Shown here piece by piece: positions 37,601-51,023 of a stretch of 64,000 nucleotides of DNA. The notes below the pieces were generated by a model. That model worked only from the letters and a program-made list of their open reading frames with translations, had not been told where the DNA came from and did not search any database. Source of the stretch: Phoronis australis (taxonomy: Eukaryota; Animalia; Phoronida); assembly GCA_002633005.1 (NCBI GenBank), contig NMRA01000731.1, forward strand, positions 54,996 to 118,995, given 5' to 3'. The number at the start of each line of letters is the position of its first letter. Position 1 is the first letter of the stretch. The position numbers and the translations under genes were made by a program.

Positions 37601-39944
37601 TAGCTCTCGCGATGCTAAGGAGTTTTATGTAGAATGTCACTTTCCTATTTTATCCGATTATTTTTTGCATGTACCTATAAGCCTTTGTGGCTTAAAACTT
37701 TGACGTATATGTTATTGGTCAACTCGGATTGCCAAAAACATTGTCTTTGTCTCTCACACTGGAGTGGTGCGTGGATTAGTCTCTTAAGCTTGCCGCAGCG
37801 TTAAGATTTTGAAATCTTAATTGCAAAGTTCTGTCCAATTTAGTGCTGACCTCATTGATGTTTCCACTGTGGGTAAGTTTTACCCTTGTCTCAGCCGGGC
37901 TCTAACCTTAAAGGTGGCTGATTACTTCAAATCTCTTTGTGGTTGTTATTCCTGCACATACACTGAGTGTTACAAACTGGGTTTCTAAATATGCATATCA
38001 CGTGCTTGAATTGTTTTGCGAGTACAACTAGTTGTTGAGAGTTTGAGAATGCTATATGGTAATGAGCGATCTGGAGGCTGGTGAACGATAGGGGTAACCT
38101 GTGTAAACCTAGTATTCATCTCATGGAACTGTGGTCAAGCACATCCATGAAAGTCTGGTAATACCTCACGGTAATATCCCTACCCTGCAATATCACAGTA
38201 CCAACAAACAAATTTGATGAGCAGAGTGAGGGTTGCCTTACTCAGCTCAGAAGTGTGTTTGTTACTGAACCACGCAGGCCTGCAGTGCAATACTTTCCAA
38301 AACACAGCTCTTGACTTGGGAGTTGGTGAATTCTAAGCTAGCTGTTTTTGGGCGCTTTTGACAGTGAGCTGTGTTTGCTAGTTTTTAAGGCCCTGTGAGC
38401 CAGGTTCGTCAGTGATAAATAAATCTTTGGCTAACAGACGTAAAAAGCACATTGTTTACCAGTGCGGCAGCCCTCATTTTGTTGTTTCCAACCCAAAAAA
38501 ACGTTTCATTTGCAAACGCTTAACAAAATGTTTCGTTGTTTTGTTTTAAAGTTTTATATTCAAATGTCATTTCAGTTGCATCATACCTTATCATCAGTGT
38601 TCATATCTGATTCTCTCAGTAAAGATGTACCACCCATGGTAACGTAGAAATAATGGCCTCAATTGGTGTAATTTTCTGATTTTGAAACGCTTGAGATTAT
38701 TTTAAGCCTTCCTCTTCTTCCCCTGAGGATCTGAAGTAAATTGTGAATTAATGGTTGGTTCAGAAGGTCCCCTTGGTGGTGCTCAGAACAGAACCAAACC
38801 ACTGATAAAATTTACATTACACCATGTTTACAGTTCTGGTACAATATTTCACATTCTGCTCCACCAGTATAAGTTTGTGCGTCTTTTTATGGCCGTCTCC
38901 AAGCGTATGCATGTCCAGGTTTTGGGATGTTACGGTAGCTTGAAAAAAGGTGTGAGCTTATACGTGGTTGGGCTTGTATAAGACATTTGTTATTATCGTT
39001 ATTACTCTCGTGGGTGTCTAGAAACATTGGTCCTTAGAACAATTTAGGGCTCGAATCATGCTCATTAGAATGTTGACGGTTTCACGGCCCGTTGTAGTTC
39101 GTCAATCAATTTGCATAAGAACCGCTGACATCATCAGTTCTCCTTATTGTGATTTGGGTCTAAGTTTCTTTTCATGTGGAGCAGGGCAATTACCACGATA
39201 GCGATGACTTTAAAGCAATAAAACAATGTCTGAAATAAATTACAATATCGTACGCTGAAACTAGAGATTTTTAACTGTTAGCTTCTCAAAAAGAAATCCG
39301 TCTGGAAGTTGGGTTGGGATTACTTTTGCCAGAAGAAATACAATTGAAATAGCCAAAAATTGGACTCTGTTTGCTGACTGCAATATTGATGGACGTGTTT
39401 ACCTTAAGTATGTTCATCATGGTAAATAATTGGCGTCATCGAGTCGTGATGTGGGACAAAAGACTGCTTGAATTATAACAATGAACTAGATTCTTGTCTG
39501 GGTTTGGAGACTGCTGCCCTCTGGTTGTGAAACTAAAACCAGGTATTCATGTAATGTATTGAACCCGCTAGTCTTAGATACCCTAGATCCGTGCTGAGAA
39601 TGCACTTGCAGAATGGATGGGTTTGGAAACTACTAAAACATTTGATGATTGGTACAGTTTGGCAAAAAGGTTTAGGACTGGAGAAATTCAAATATGCATG
39701 GCAAATGGCCTAAATAATCTACCCTAGTTACAATGAACTATGCGAATTTCTGAGGTCCCTTGGTCCAGTTCCAGTTGACGTCGGTCTCTGAATCGAGGCT
39801 AGTCCAGACATCAATTCAATCCATTGTTCAGCATTCCCGTGCTCCTGACTGGCAGCCCAACAATCTACCACGGTTCAAAGAGTCACTAAAATGATTCATC
39901 TCCTTGCACATTTGTTTTTGGGTATTTTCTATGTGTCCACATAT

Positions 39945-41056
39945 TTTTATGTGGACGCATTATGCCGTTATCTCCGTCCGTCCCGTGTTCGGCGTCCTCT
40001 GCTCTATCTTCAAAACCCTTTGACGTACATTCATGAAATTTGGCACGTATGTTTTGTTCATGAATGAGCGAACTTTCAAACAGATCCGAATTCCGGTGTG
40101 CTCCCTGGTGGCAATTTTAGCTTTTTACATTTACTTCTGCCTCTTCAAAGGTCCTCATTGTATTTTCATAAAATTTAGCATATATGCATCTATTAGTAAG
40201 ATGACGTTATTCTCTTATTGTTGTATGGATTCAATGTAGTTTGCACCACCTAGTGGCCATTTTTACTGTTTTCGAGTTTTTTTGGCGTCATCCCCTCTAT
40301 CAACCAAACCACTCTGAGGATGATTGTGAAAATTGACATGTATGTTCTTACTATGAAAATGATAGATGATGATTTTACCACGATTTTGACTACTGTGGTG
40401 CCTCCTAGTGGCAGTTTTTTCTGCGCCCGTGGCTGTATCTCCTAAACTGTTTTCAGGATCTTTACTAAATTTAACAAGTGTATTAATTTTATAAGATGTT
40501 GGCAACGGATGGATCTGACTGGTGTGTCCCCTAGTGGGATTTTAGTTTTTTATGTTTACCACTGTATCAGTCAAAGGTCCTCAACGTATTTTCATTAAAT
40601 TTGATAAATAGGCATCCACTTAAGTGAGATGACACTATCCTCCCGTTTTTGGATGGATTCGAGGTATTTTGCACCACCTAGTGGCCATTTTTACTCTTTT
40701 TGGCAAGTATGTTCTTACAACAAAGAGGACAGCTGATGATGATTTTCTGACGACTTTGACTACTGTGGCGCCTCCTATTAAGAACTGTATTAAGGGTTTT
40801 TTTAAACAGTTTCAAATAAAACGCGGTGTTTTGAATCTAAGAAAGTTTACGTGTACATGTACCTAAACACTGACTAACGTGCATTTCTTATTTTTGTGAG
40901 GCTATTCTGTACTGTCTTACCCTTGATTTCCTAAATTTATTTATTAAAAACTGTATTAAGGGTTTTTTAACTGTTTTCAAATAAAATTCAGTGTTTTGAA
41001 TAAAAGAAAGTTTATATACACATGTACCTAAACGTTAACTTGCATCTATTATTTTT
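39945..41056 (+). mobile_element. Helentron-associated (HINE/DINE-like) element with internal subrepeats, followed by a 166-bp tandem dimer
   Basis: T-run start, tccgtccgtcc microsatellite at ~39973, ttcatgaaatttggcac, ~140-150 bp subrepeats each with cc.cctagtggc; then tattaa.aactgtattaagggtttttt...tacatgtacctaaac at 40776 and 40942. Confidence 0.72.
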
Positions 41057-44000
41057 AGCCAAGTTTGTTTGTTACGAAGTTATAATGCATGATAATCTGG
41101 GTGATGTAGATAAAAGTGCATTATGATTTGTCCAGTTTCATACATCTGCATTTGGGAGGGTTTTTATCTTCAGTGCTTATCGACGTAATTATCAGCATAC
41201 TATTCATTGTGATCCCATAAAGCGATATTTCCATTGTCACAACCATGTAATTTTCTCAATGGTTATGGCACTGTGCCTGACGTTGCAGGCATGCATATGT
41301 TACAGGCTCACCGCAGAGCATAATTATGTCATTGTTACTGCACACTACAGAGGGACATTGGCAAACTATCCTGGAGTGCATATGCATTTCACGTTATCTA
41401 TGCAATTACCCGCTGGCGTAGCAATGCCTGTTTTACCTAGTGCGGCGATGACATAGCATGGCGATAACATGCAGTGCCATGTTTTACAGCCTTTAACTCT
41501 GTGCAAATGCCACAGGAAAACAATTTGGGTGTAATAACGACCACCATTGTTAAGAAAGTTGTGCTAGCTATTACCTTTCCACTTCATTAACTCAGATCTA
41601 CATCAATACAAAGGGCATGTTGAATATAGGGATCCTAAAAGTAAATGTCTGGGGCTGAGGAACTCAGAGCCCTGACCAGTGTAATTGAGAAATTCTCCAC
41701 ATTTGAACTTGAGTACTGAGACATGAATTACACTCTTGCCTTATTTCCAGGCCATGGTTCTCATCACTGTATTCCGTGCCATGTATGTCATGTTTTAAAT
41801 GACGTGGTTACCACATTTTCTGTGAGTGGTTCAGTTTTTATTACTAGAAAATGGAAAATTGGGATAACCTTTACCGGCATTTAGAGAATGGTCTCCAGAA
41901 AATCAGACCCATTTGTATCGGACTTCTGTGGTAAGTTCAACCGTCTGTACGGGTCTATTCCTTAAACTGAACCCTTTCGTAAGGATTGGACTGCTGAAAA
42001 TTATCCTGTGAAGCCTGACGCATCACAAGAGGAGATGCCATATTGTCAACAGAGACTGCATCAGTTGTAACCAATGATTTAAGAATATAGATGATATTAA
42101 AATGCATCTGTAGATTTGTAAAGTTGAAAATTTAGGATTTGGATTTTTTGTCCATAGAGGTAAGATTATTAGTCTTCATACATGCCAGTGTATTATAGTC
42201 ACGATCACGTGATGTTTATTTGAGTATGAAAAGATTTTTGCCCCGACCCACCGGGGACTCGAGTTTGACCAGTTGCAGTAGGGTTTTGGAACTTCCAAAG
42301 TGTACATTTTTGTATGAAATTTCGGTTGATAAGGCATCCTTCTTAGGGAAACTGGTTAATGACACTCTTCCGAGCAGCACGTTATGCATACCATATTGAG
42401 AGTATCTGGCGTGGGGATTCAGTGTTCATGGTATTGCACAATGCTCTGTGTTAGTCCAACCATTTCTTCTATTCACTGGTAGTTCTAGGAATTGTGCCTG
42501 TCAATACACTTTTGCTTACGTTATCACATTGCACCCTGAACCAAATTGTTTCTGACCTTTGACATCTGTTGTGTTTCCCTTCGGCAAGTTTCTTATGACC
42601 TCAGGACACGGAATCCGTATTCTGTTGGTTTTCATTCATGTTCACATATTTCCCATTACACAGTATTGATTGGAGAGCATTTTCTATTTGTTCCTTAAAA
42701 AACTGTCTGAAATTGTTTTTTACAAAAAACGATTCGTGCTAGGTGTAGGTCATCTTCGTGTTGTCATGGACACTGAGTTTAATCTCTCCCTTTGATTTCC
42801 CTTTGACAATTTATAGGAAGTTTCATGATCCTAACTGTCTTATTTAATCGTTTACATTCCACTTACACTGTGTAAGGTTGGAAGTCCATCTGAGCTAGCC
42901 TCAGCAGTTGAAGTAGGTCATGTCACTCCATTTAAGTGCTTGTCATTACACTGTACACAAAGTCTGTGATAACAGGCTTTGACCTCAGCTGGTGGTAGGG
43001 AGGCGTTGACCTTTGCCCTATTGGGATAAGGTCCGCTGTCTGAGGAGGTGTTAAATAAATTTGAGATGAAACTAAAATTTTAATTTCATTGTTGGTTTTT
43101 ATAGTTATTAAGGTTATCATTGTTATTTTATTTTTATTTTTATTGTTAGTACTGTATGTAATGTGCTATTCAGTTTGATTTTGTAGTAAAGATGTTGGTT
43201 AACAGCTAAGCTGATTGCTTCTAGAAAGCCAGAGGGGTATGAGAGTTGTCTAGATTCAGTTCATGAAATACTGGATATGACCTAAACATTGGCTATCATC
43301 ATAGTAACATCACTTGTCCAGAGGCAGACGTCCAGTGTGGCTGACAAGATTATTGGGGCTCACGATGGGGACATTTCATTTCAAGTTTTTGTCTGCTGCA
43401 TGAATTAGATTATAAGGTATCCTACCAGCATCCCATCTGCTGACATTGTTGTGAATGCCGGTCATAATAGATCATTGCAGTGTCATAGCTGTGTTGTTTT
43501 TATGGGTTGAAAAGTTAAAATATTGCCAACTTAAAATAACTGTAATAGAAATGGCAAGTTGGGCTATGTCCACCTTCAGGAATTTGGTAATATGATACAG
43601 GCTTAACTTAATGTCTACTGGCCAAATGGGACTTGGAAAAATTCCCAGGTCTCCAAACAGAATTATGAGGTCACCAAACCTTGGCATGAGTTGAAATGAT
43701 ATAAACCAGATATCCACCATGAAAAACTGGCAACTCAGGGAGTGTCTTGTGTTGTACCTCAGTGAGATTGCGTGCTCCGATGTGTGTACATGACGATTTG
43801 TTGGCAACTTGAGATTTCTACCTGGTCCCCAATCAAAATCTGAGGTCGCATTCGCAACTTGCAAGTTGTCAAGTAGTATGGCGCAATGTTATGTTATTAT
43901 GACTGGTATTCCTCTCCAATGATGAAAAAATTCTCCTAAAAGAATAGAACCACTTATGCACTAACATTAATTTTGGCTACTTGAGGCATTGCTTGATGGA

Positions 44001-45560
44001 ATTGGCGGAGGCCAGGGGGATTTTCTCCCTCAGGCTTAATAATCCACTCTCAGAAGGTACAGGCATTTTTCCCTCAGGTGAGCGAGAGCCCTGTACTGTA
44101 TTGTTAAAAATGCTCACATCTTGTTGTATTTGTTGATGACAACTCCACAATAACAATTGTGCAAATAAAGTTTTCTTATTTAATATTAAAAATTTAACTA
44201 AATAAGATTTCGCAATTCCACCATATTGTGTAAAAACTTAACCCTAATTGATTACCAGTAGTGTGTGGAGTTTCAGTGATACCTGGGGCNTACTGTTGTT
44301 TGTTATAACAATTTGTTATTTCTGATGGGAGTTTCTTGATGATCAATTAAACCCGATTGCCATATGAATAGTTACTCCTGTGACCCACCCGTTGTAATGT
44401 ATGCTACCAAGTTTTCCAGGTAGGAATGACAGAGTGTGGTATGAATGATGGACAACTTGAAAGGTAGATTTTTCCTTCAAGCACAGTCATTTGTCTGTGA
44501 AGAATTTTAATTAATTAGTGCAATACTTTAATTTGTTATATCTCATTTGACATTAATTACAATTAGTAACATATATAATAAATATCCATATACAGTACAC
44601 ACCAAAAATAATCAGACTGGACATAGTGACGCATTTATTCCCTGTGCTTACGGTTGAATGCTAGCATGAAACTAGCTATCCGTCACGACGGGGGACGAAG
44701 AGAAATTCTCCAAAAAGTTACTAAGTGGGAAACTATTCAGTAGTCCTGCAGTTAGGATCCAGTCAATCATAAGCAAACCTTGTGATAACACCTCCGTCAA
44801 AATTAAATCAGGTAATGCGTGAGTAAATAAGATTTTAGTGTGGCCATACTTTTAAAATGCAACACCTGCTTTAAAGCGTTCTTAGGAGAATGATTGCTCT
44901 TTCCTCCGGGGCATGAGTCTATGCATATTTTGCAAATGGGGTATTATTTGAAATTCATAATTTTGCAACGAAATATCGTGTATGCTGGCGCTGTTCTTCC
45001 TAACATGTTAAAACTACATCGGCGCTTGTGCTATGGAAACAAATGAGAGTTCGTCACACTGATCGAAGACAGTTAAAATTTCACTGATTTTGCCACGACT
45101 TGAGAAAACCCAGCACAATTGTAGTTTCAAAAGGTTTACGGCCCCCAGAAGCTTAAATTTTTATACATAACTGAATTTTGCAAACCTTTGTAGCACTATG
45201 GAGAAAAGAGGTTTTCAATCAATGATCAGCAGGTGGCGCTACTTGAAAGTGCATAGTCAATAAATCAGCAATATGGAGAAGATGGAGGCCAGCCCTGTGA
45301 TAAAATATTTTTTTATTAAAAAGGTTATTAATGAAAGAAATTCATGCAGACTTGATGAATACTCTTGGAAAGTAGTTTGGTCTGCTGCAATAAGAAGTGG
45401 GTAGCTTGATCGACAGACATGTGACAGTCATCGTGTAGCAGAAACCTCAGGCATATTACTATTAGGGCTGGAGTTTATGCTGTTTTAGAATATTGATATG
45501 AGCAAACACTGCAGTACAAGATGTATGTTCAAACACTGAGCAGTCATCAGATTTTGAAGA

Positions 45561-48075
45561 TGCTATGGATTTACCTCTAATCCTGAATTGAAAAGCCAAA
45601 AGCAAACAGTGGAATCGTGCCAAGAATTGTACATGACACCTGGCTTACCTCAAAATCCAACTGCTGCCTGGTGGTTTGGTAATTGGCCCAATTATGTTGA
45701 ACACCCAGCAGAATTAATGGGAAGAATAATTAATGCAATGTTAAACAAACATTTTAGGTTGTAAAAGTCGCATTCCGTTGTCTAATTTTCAAAATTCAAA
45801 AACCTTACCACATGTGCTTTTCATGAACTATTCAAATACGGTATACTATTTACAAACATTCAAAATGAAAATTTGGAAATACTATTGTCTCCCTTAATGT
45901 GATTTTGATGGTCTCATTATCTGAGGAACAATAACATCAGCAGCCTGAGGCAATTTAATTAACCACAACAGCATTGTTCTTTGATCTGAACCGGCAGAGT
46001 CTTTGGTGTGCAAACCAGTCAAGTTGCCCAATCTGGACCGGTCAGGGTGTCAACATAGGATTTTTTCATGACATGCTTGTTCTGCAAGTCCCAAAAAGGA
46101 GGTGACATCTGTTGGAACGTGTTGACTTTTATGTTTTAAGACAGGGAAAGAATGCTTAATGATTGACTTCTTGAAAGAGGTCATCATTTCTTGCTACCTT
46201 GTACTTTAAGGCCAATAGATTTGTACAAGAACCGTCATTACCCATCAACCCTCAGATATCTCGAACACTGATCTAAAGCTCCTTTTGTGTGGAGCATAGT
46301 AATTATTCCATTTGTGGATATTAGTTCAAGTCAGTCTAAAGCACTGTTTGAAATAACTCTATGAAGCATGGTACATAATTGGTGTGCGGGTCCTGATGCA
46401 GGACAAAAGATTGCAGAGGACTTTAATTAACAATGAACTTGATGGATATCTGGATTTGCCTGTCTTCTGGAGCTGACACTAATTATGAGAGACATTTGTA
46501 ATAAACTGCTACTGTAATTCACCCTTATATTTGCTCCCAATGCCCCTATAAGCGCCCCCCACGCGTTTTTAGACTTTGCTAAAATAATGCCTTACTTACA
46601 GTTCTAAAATTCTACAGTAACATCTTCAATTTATCAATAAGATCCGACAGTCCTGAAAAAAATTGTGTGCGGAAATTGTAGACCACTAGCCTCCGTCGCC
46701 GCTATGTCAGTATTTANTCTTTGTTGCATTAGTAACTGGTCTTGGCTAATATTATCATTTTATGGCCTGGTCATCCATTCAGCCAAAAGTAGTTCCAGAG
46801 GTGGCTTATCAGCCAATTATTCACGCATGCTGACTCACAATAGAAGCCTGATAAGGGTGAAGGTGGATAAATGTGGTGTTCCTACAGTTTCTTGTTTTAG
46901 TGGATGTGTTCATGACATGTGCTATGGATTTACCTCTAATCCTCAATTGAAAAGCCAAAAGCAAACATTGGAATCATGCCAAGAATTGTACATGACACCT
47001 GGCTTACCTCAAAATCCAACTGCTGCCTGGTGGTTTGGTAATTGGCCCAATTATGTTGAACAGTCAGCAGAATTAATGGGAAGAATAATTAATGAAATGT
47101 TAAAGAAACATTTTAGGTTGTAAAAGTCGCATTCCGTTGTCTAATTTTCAAAATTCAAAAACCTTACCACATGTGCTTTTCATGAACTATTCAAATACGG
47201 TATGCTATTTACAAACTTTCAAAAGGAAAATTTGGAAATACTATTGTCTCCCCTAATGTGATTTTGATGGTCTCATTATCTAAGGAACAATAACATCAGC
47301 AGCCTGAGGCAATTTAATTAACCACAACAGCATTGTTCTTTGATCTGAACCTGCAGAGTCTTTGGTGTGCAAACCAGTCAAGTTGCCCAATCTCGACCGG
47401 TCAGCGTGTCAACGTAGGATTTTTTCATGACATGCTTGTTCTGCAAGTCCCAAAAAGGAGGTGACATCTGTTGGAACGTGTTGACTTTTATGTTTTAAGA
47501 CAGGGAAAGAATGCTTAATGATTGACTTCTTGAAGGAGGTCATCATTTCTTGCTACCTTGTACTTTAAGGCCAATAGATTTGTACAAGAACCGTCATTAC
47601 CCATCAACCCTCAGATATCTGGAACACTGATCTAAAGCTCCTTTTGTGTGGAGCATAGTAATTATTCCATTTGTGGATATTAATTCAGGTCAGTCTAAAG
47701 CACTGTTTGAAATAACTCTGTGAAGCATGGTACATAATTGGTGTGCGGGTCCTGATGCAGGACAAAAGATTGCAGAAGACTTTAATTAACAATGAACTTG
47801 ATGGATATCTGGATTTGCCTGTCTTCTGGAGCTGACACTAATTATGAGAGACATTTGTAATAAACTGCTACTGTAATTCACCCTTATATTTGCTCCCAAT
47901 GCCCCTATAAGCGTCCCCCACGCGTTTTTAGACTTTGCTAAAATAATGCCTTACTTACAGTTCTAAAATTCTACAGTAACATCTTCAATTTATCAATAAG
48001 ATCCGACAGTCCTGAAAAAAATTGTGTGCGGAAATTGTAGACCACTAGCCTCCGTCGCCGCTATGTCAGTATTTA
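45561..48075. repeat. 1156-bp direct duplication around the N at 46717 (45561-46716 and 46920-48075); probable two haplotypes
   Basis: Equal-length copies differing by scattered substitutions; copy 1 stops exactly at the N. Confidence 0.92.
46718..46919 (-). repeat. 202-bp inverted near-identical copy of 63737-63938
   Basis: Reverse complement matches 63737-63938 apart from two 2-bp indels and a couple of substitutions; also visible as the shared peptide MLTHNRSLIRVKVDKCGVPTVSCFSGCVHDM in ORFs 46665+ and 63584-. Confidence 0.95.
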
Positions 48076-49161
48076 ACTGTGACTATATGCTTAAAGCTTC
48101 CGCCGTGCTTCAAAAAGAGCGTAAAAATAAGTTTTGCTGATCTTGCAAGGGACATGTCCTATTATGGTCTGGCTTTCCAGAACAGACGCAGCGTACTTGT
48201 CAAAGGGATTGTATTGTATTGTAATCCCGTACAGATCTTCTCCCTCAGCAAAAATCCAAATCTCTTTGTACACGTGAAAACCACGAATAGACGACTAATA
48301 GAAACTTGACCTTTGTGGCTAGGAAGCGCGCTACATTCAAGAATCTGTCATCGAAGATTAGTCTTCAGGAGCTATCTATTTATGAAACGGGTAGCCTAGC
48401 ATCGGCAAAAAATAAATACTGGCAGTTATTTCCGAAAGTTTCTAATACCGTAAAAAACGTTTGCATTATTTTTAAGGGGAAATTATTAGATTAGTCGTAA
48501 TTGGTGTTTTTAAAGTCAAAATGACCCATTGATAGTGAACACTTCTGCACCCTTACACCCCCGAATCTTCCGAAAAATAACTGTTAGGCTGTCGCGCATC
48601 CAGTCACCTGGTGACTCTGAATGACATTGGCCTTACCGAGACAATTCTCAAAATTTTTTAGCAGATGAGATCAACAAGTGCTAAATAAAACGGATCGTTG
48701 CATCGCGTTTTTCTCGTGTTACGTAGTACAATCTTGCGCAGGTTTGGACTTAATATGTAGTAGTTAATCCCGACTCCACAGGAACTTAAAAATCTTAGGG
48801 ACGCTATTTTGAAAACTTAAGGAGGATATCGGGTAATTTGTTGAGTCAAAACTATATTTTTCTCAATTTCAAGTTGACCTATCGCCGGTCGCCAGGCATC
48901 AGTTGGCGAGTTTTCGCACTGGGATTTTCTGAAAAAAGCTCGTAATTTAACAATAAAGTTTGATATAGCAATGCACTGCAATTTTGTAGAAACTCTGTCA
49001 TAGGTTACAGATGCGTCACAGCGTAAATTTGCTGAATTCTGGCTTACGATTTCACATGTTTCGGAGACCGGGTTTCAACCATTTTTGGGCTATAATAAGA
49101 GCCCCCCCTTCCTGAAGCAAATTTTTCTAAGTGCCCTGGGTACCTATTAGGGTGAATACGG
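47871..49161. mobile_element. 1.29-kb non-autonomous Tc2/pogo-type DNA transposon with TA target duplication
   Basis: ta|ctgtaattcacccttata ... tattagggtgaatacgg|ta; C(C/T)GTA termini; inserted into the mariner fossil; left end also present at 46512-46716. Confidence 0.88.
47971..48294 (-). pseudogene. Decayed HIRAN-like domain ORF inside the Tc2/pogo-type element
   Basis: SSIRGFHVYKEIWIFAEGEDLYGITIQYNPFDKYAASVLESQTIIGHVPCKISKTY, then after frameshifts LFLKHGGSFKHIVT..GLQFP..DLIDKLKMLL-stop; NPxDxxA and IGHVP are HIRAN hallmarks. Confidence 0.78.
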
Positions 49162-49428
49162 TACTCATCAGCAAATTGAAGAAGGCAATCAAAGAAGAAA
49201 TGCTTGGAACTGGAGTGCAGTTGCTTCTAGACAATGGCACCAACCCCACTGACAGTAGGAGGTGGCTGTAAACCAATGCAGTTTTAAATGAAAATTAACA
49301 TGTTTCCATCTGTATTTGCCAGATTCAAAATTGAAATCTTTCCTGCATGGGCACCATTACTGTAGCAATGATGGTGTAATAGATACCGTTGACAGATATT
49401 TAGGGGCTGGGAGTCATTAAAAAAACCT

Positions 49429-49976
49429 GAAGCGTGTTCAACAGAGTGAGCGCCCGCTAACGTGTACTCGCGAACACAAGGAACAGCTCCTGAACAGCTG
49501 TGAGCGCTCACTGTGCGATCCAGTATGGCGACTCTGAAGCAGATTGTGTTGAACATCTTAGCCGATGAGCTTAACACTAACAGTTCTTCCTATGGAGTAC
49601 TGAGCGATAAATATGATTAATCTTTGCCAATAATTATAAATATCGGCAGCCCAAGACAACAACCGTGAAGGCTTTGGCCCGACAAGAATCGAAAATTACG
49701 TCGAGGAAACTGTTCCTCGCTACAGCGACCCGCAATTTAAGTCGCAGTTTCGGATGAGTCAGTCAACTTTTGAGGTTAGTTTTTGTGTTGCAGAACCATA
49801 ATTAATGGGTTCATATGTTGCAGACGTGAAGCCTTTGCAGGACGCCATCTTGGAAATCTAAGCGAACATGCTCTCGAGGTTGTTCGCGAGCGCTTGCGAG
49901 CGCTAACGTGAACACAGCTGTTCAGGACGAAGGCGCTCAAATCGCTCGCGGGCGCTCACTCTATTGAACACGCTTC
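49429..49976 (+). mobile_element. Internally deleted PIF/Harbinger element (548 bp)
   Basis: 29-bp TIR gaagcgtgttcaa(c/t)agagtgagcgcccgc, 1 mismatch; TAA on right flank; ATG at 49525 (MATLKQIVLNILADEL) and RIENYVEETVPRYSDPQFKSQFRMSQSTFE followed by GT donor at 49775, matching the N-terminal FRMS motif of Harbinger/HARBI1-type transposases. Confidence 0.88.
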
Positions 49977-50445
49977 TAAGATATTTTCTTAGCCTCATTG
50001 TATGGACTTCAGTCATATGGTGATTAATGTACACGACACGTGGACAGTGATTGGCTGTATGACTGACATTCAGCGCATAACATTCACCACCATAAGATTC
50101 ACCACCGAGGGGAAATCGAAAGTACCCGAGTTGTTCTCGATGTGGTTAAGATGTTAGAGCTTGCTCCAAGAGGGGATTGCAAAACATGAGCAATGGTGGA
50201 ATAAGTGTGTCAGAATTGAAGGAGAGTGTTGGAAAAAATAAATGCTAAATTGTGTTTCTTGTGTTGGTGGCTGGGGATTTTTTAACGATGCCTCTGTGAT
50301 GGACTGTTGTGGATGCATCAAAAGATTGTGAGAAAATATAACCGCTGGTGTGACGCGTCGTGTCAAGTCATTACCTGTCATGGTCTGCCGGAATGAGGTA
50401 GAAAAAATTCTATAGAGGGAACTGACTTGTCATAAAAAAATAATG

Positions 50446-50537
50446 GTCGGATATATTGTGTCTGTATTTTGAGAACCAGTTTCTTCCATTGACGGCCATC
50501 AAACTGGCTGTAGAAGTACGCGCACATTATATCCGAC
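50446..50537. repeat. Imperfect palindrome, relative of 6379-6445
   Basis: gtcggatata...tattttgagaaccagttt ... aaactggctgtagaagta...tatatccgac. Confidence 0.6.
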
Positions 50538-51023
50538 TTGCCAAAAGAACACAATGGTGTGCATTTTCTTTTGGCATGGACTGTAATTTAATGTTATATT
50601 GCGAAATTCATTTGCAAAGTTGGCCTTCAGACTGATCCTAGATGTATAATTTCTAATCTAATGTAGATTGCTAACTAATATTACAAAAGAGTAACATGTG
50701 GTTAGCCAATGACTTATTTGATATGATATTCAATTAGTTAGCAAGTTTTACAAAAAATAGTGTCCTGTCAATCCAGACTTTGCAAAATGGAAAATGCTGC
50801 CATTCTGCCTATTCAACTGTCAGTAACTCACCCGTTTCCATTGTTAAAAACACTACTCAGTGAACTCTTAAATTGCTTTGGAATTTGTCGCTGATACAGC
50901 ATGCTCATAGAAGCAATTTGAAAGTATGGACATGTCCTCGAGTACTTAAACTGACCGAACTTAATCAGTTGTAAATTGTAGGTAGCCATTTACCAAAGTT
51001 GGGTGTCAGTTTAAGTATAGGTT

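Larger units (their letters stand above)
45273..50241 (+). pseudogene. Fragmented mariner (Tc1/mariner) transposase fossil interrupted by several insertions
   Basis: Ordered motifs: MEKMEASPVIKYFF..KEIHADLMNTLGK (45273-45372); WIYL.PELKSQSKQW (~45565-45613); HACSASPKK..SVG..F*DRE..LMIDFL (~46072-46173, repeated at ~47431-47532); LISKLKKAIKEE..GVQLLLDN (49164-49235); HLYLPD (~49307, cf. HPPYSPD); QEGIAKHEQWWNKCVRIEGE..KK-stop (50167-50241). Confidence 0.88.

Noticed and set aside
45227-45241. CTCF-like cagcaggtggcgcta
   Set aside because: Sits in the 5' leader of the mariner fossil; no independent evidence of host function.
46665-47123. 152-aa ORF, and the 81-aa ORF at 63584-63829 sharing a peptide with it
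   Set aside because: Crosses an N and is stitched from transposon, inverted-copy and mariner-fossil sequence; shared peptide reflects the inverted duplicate.
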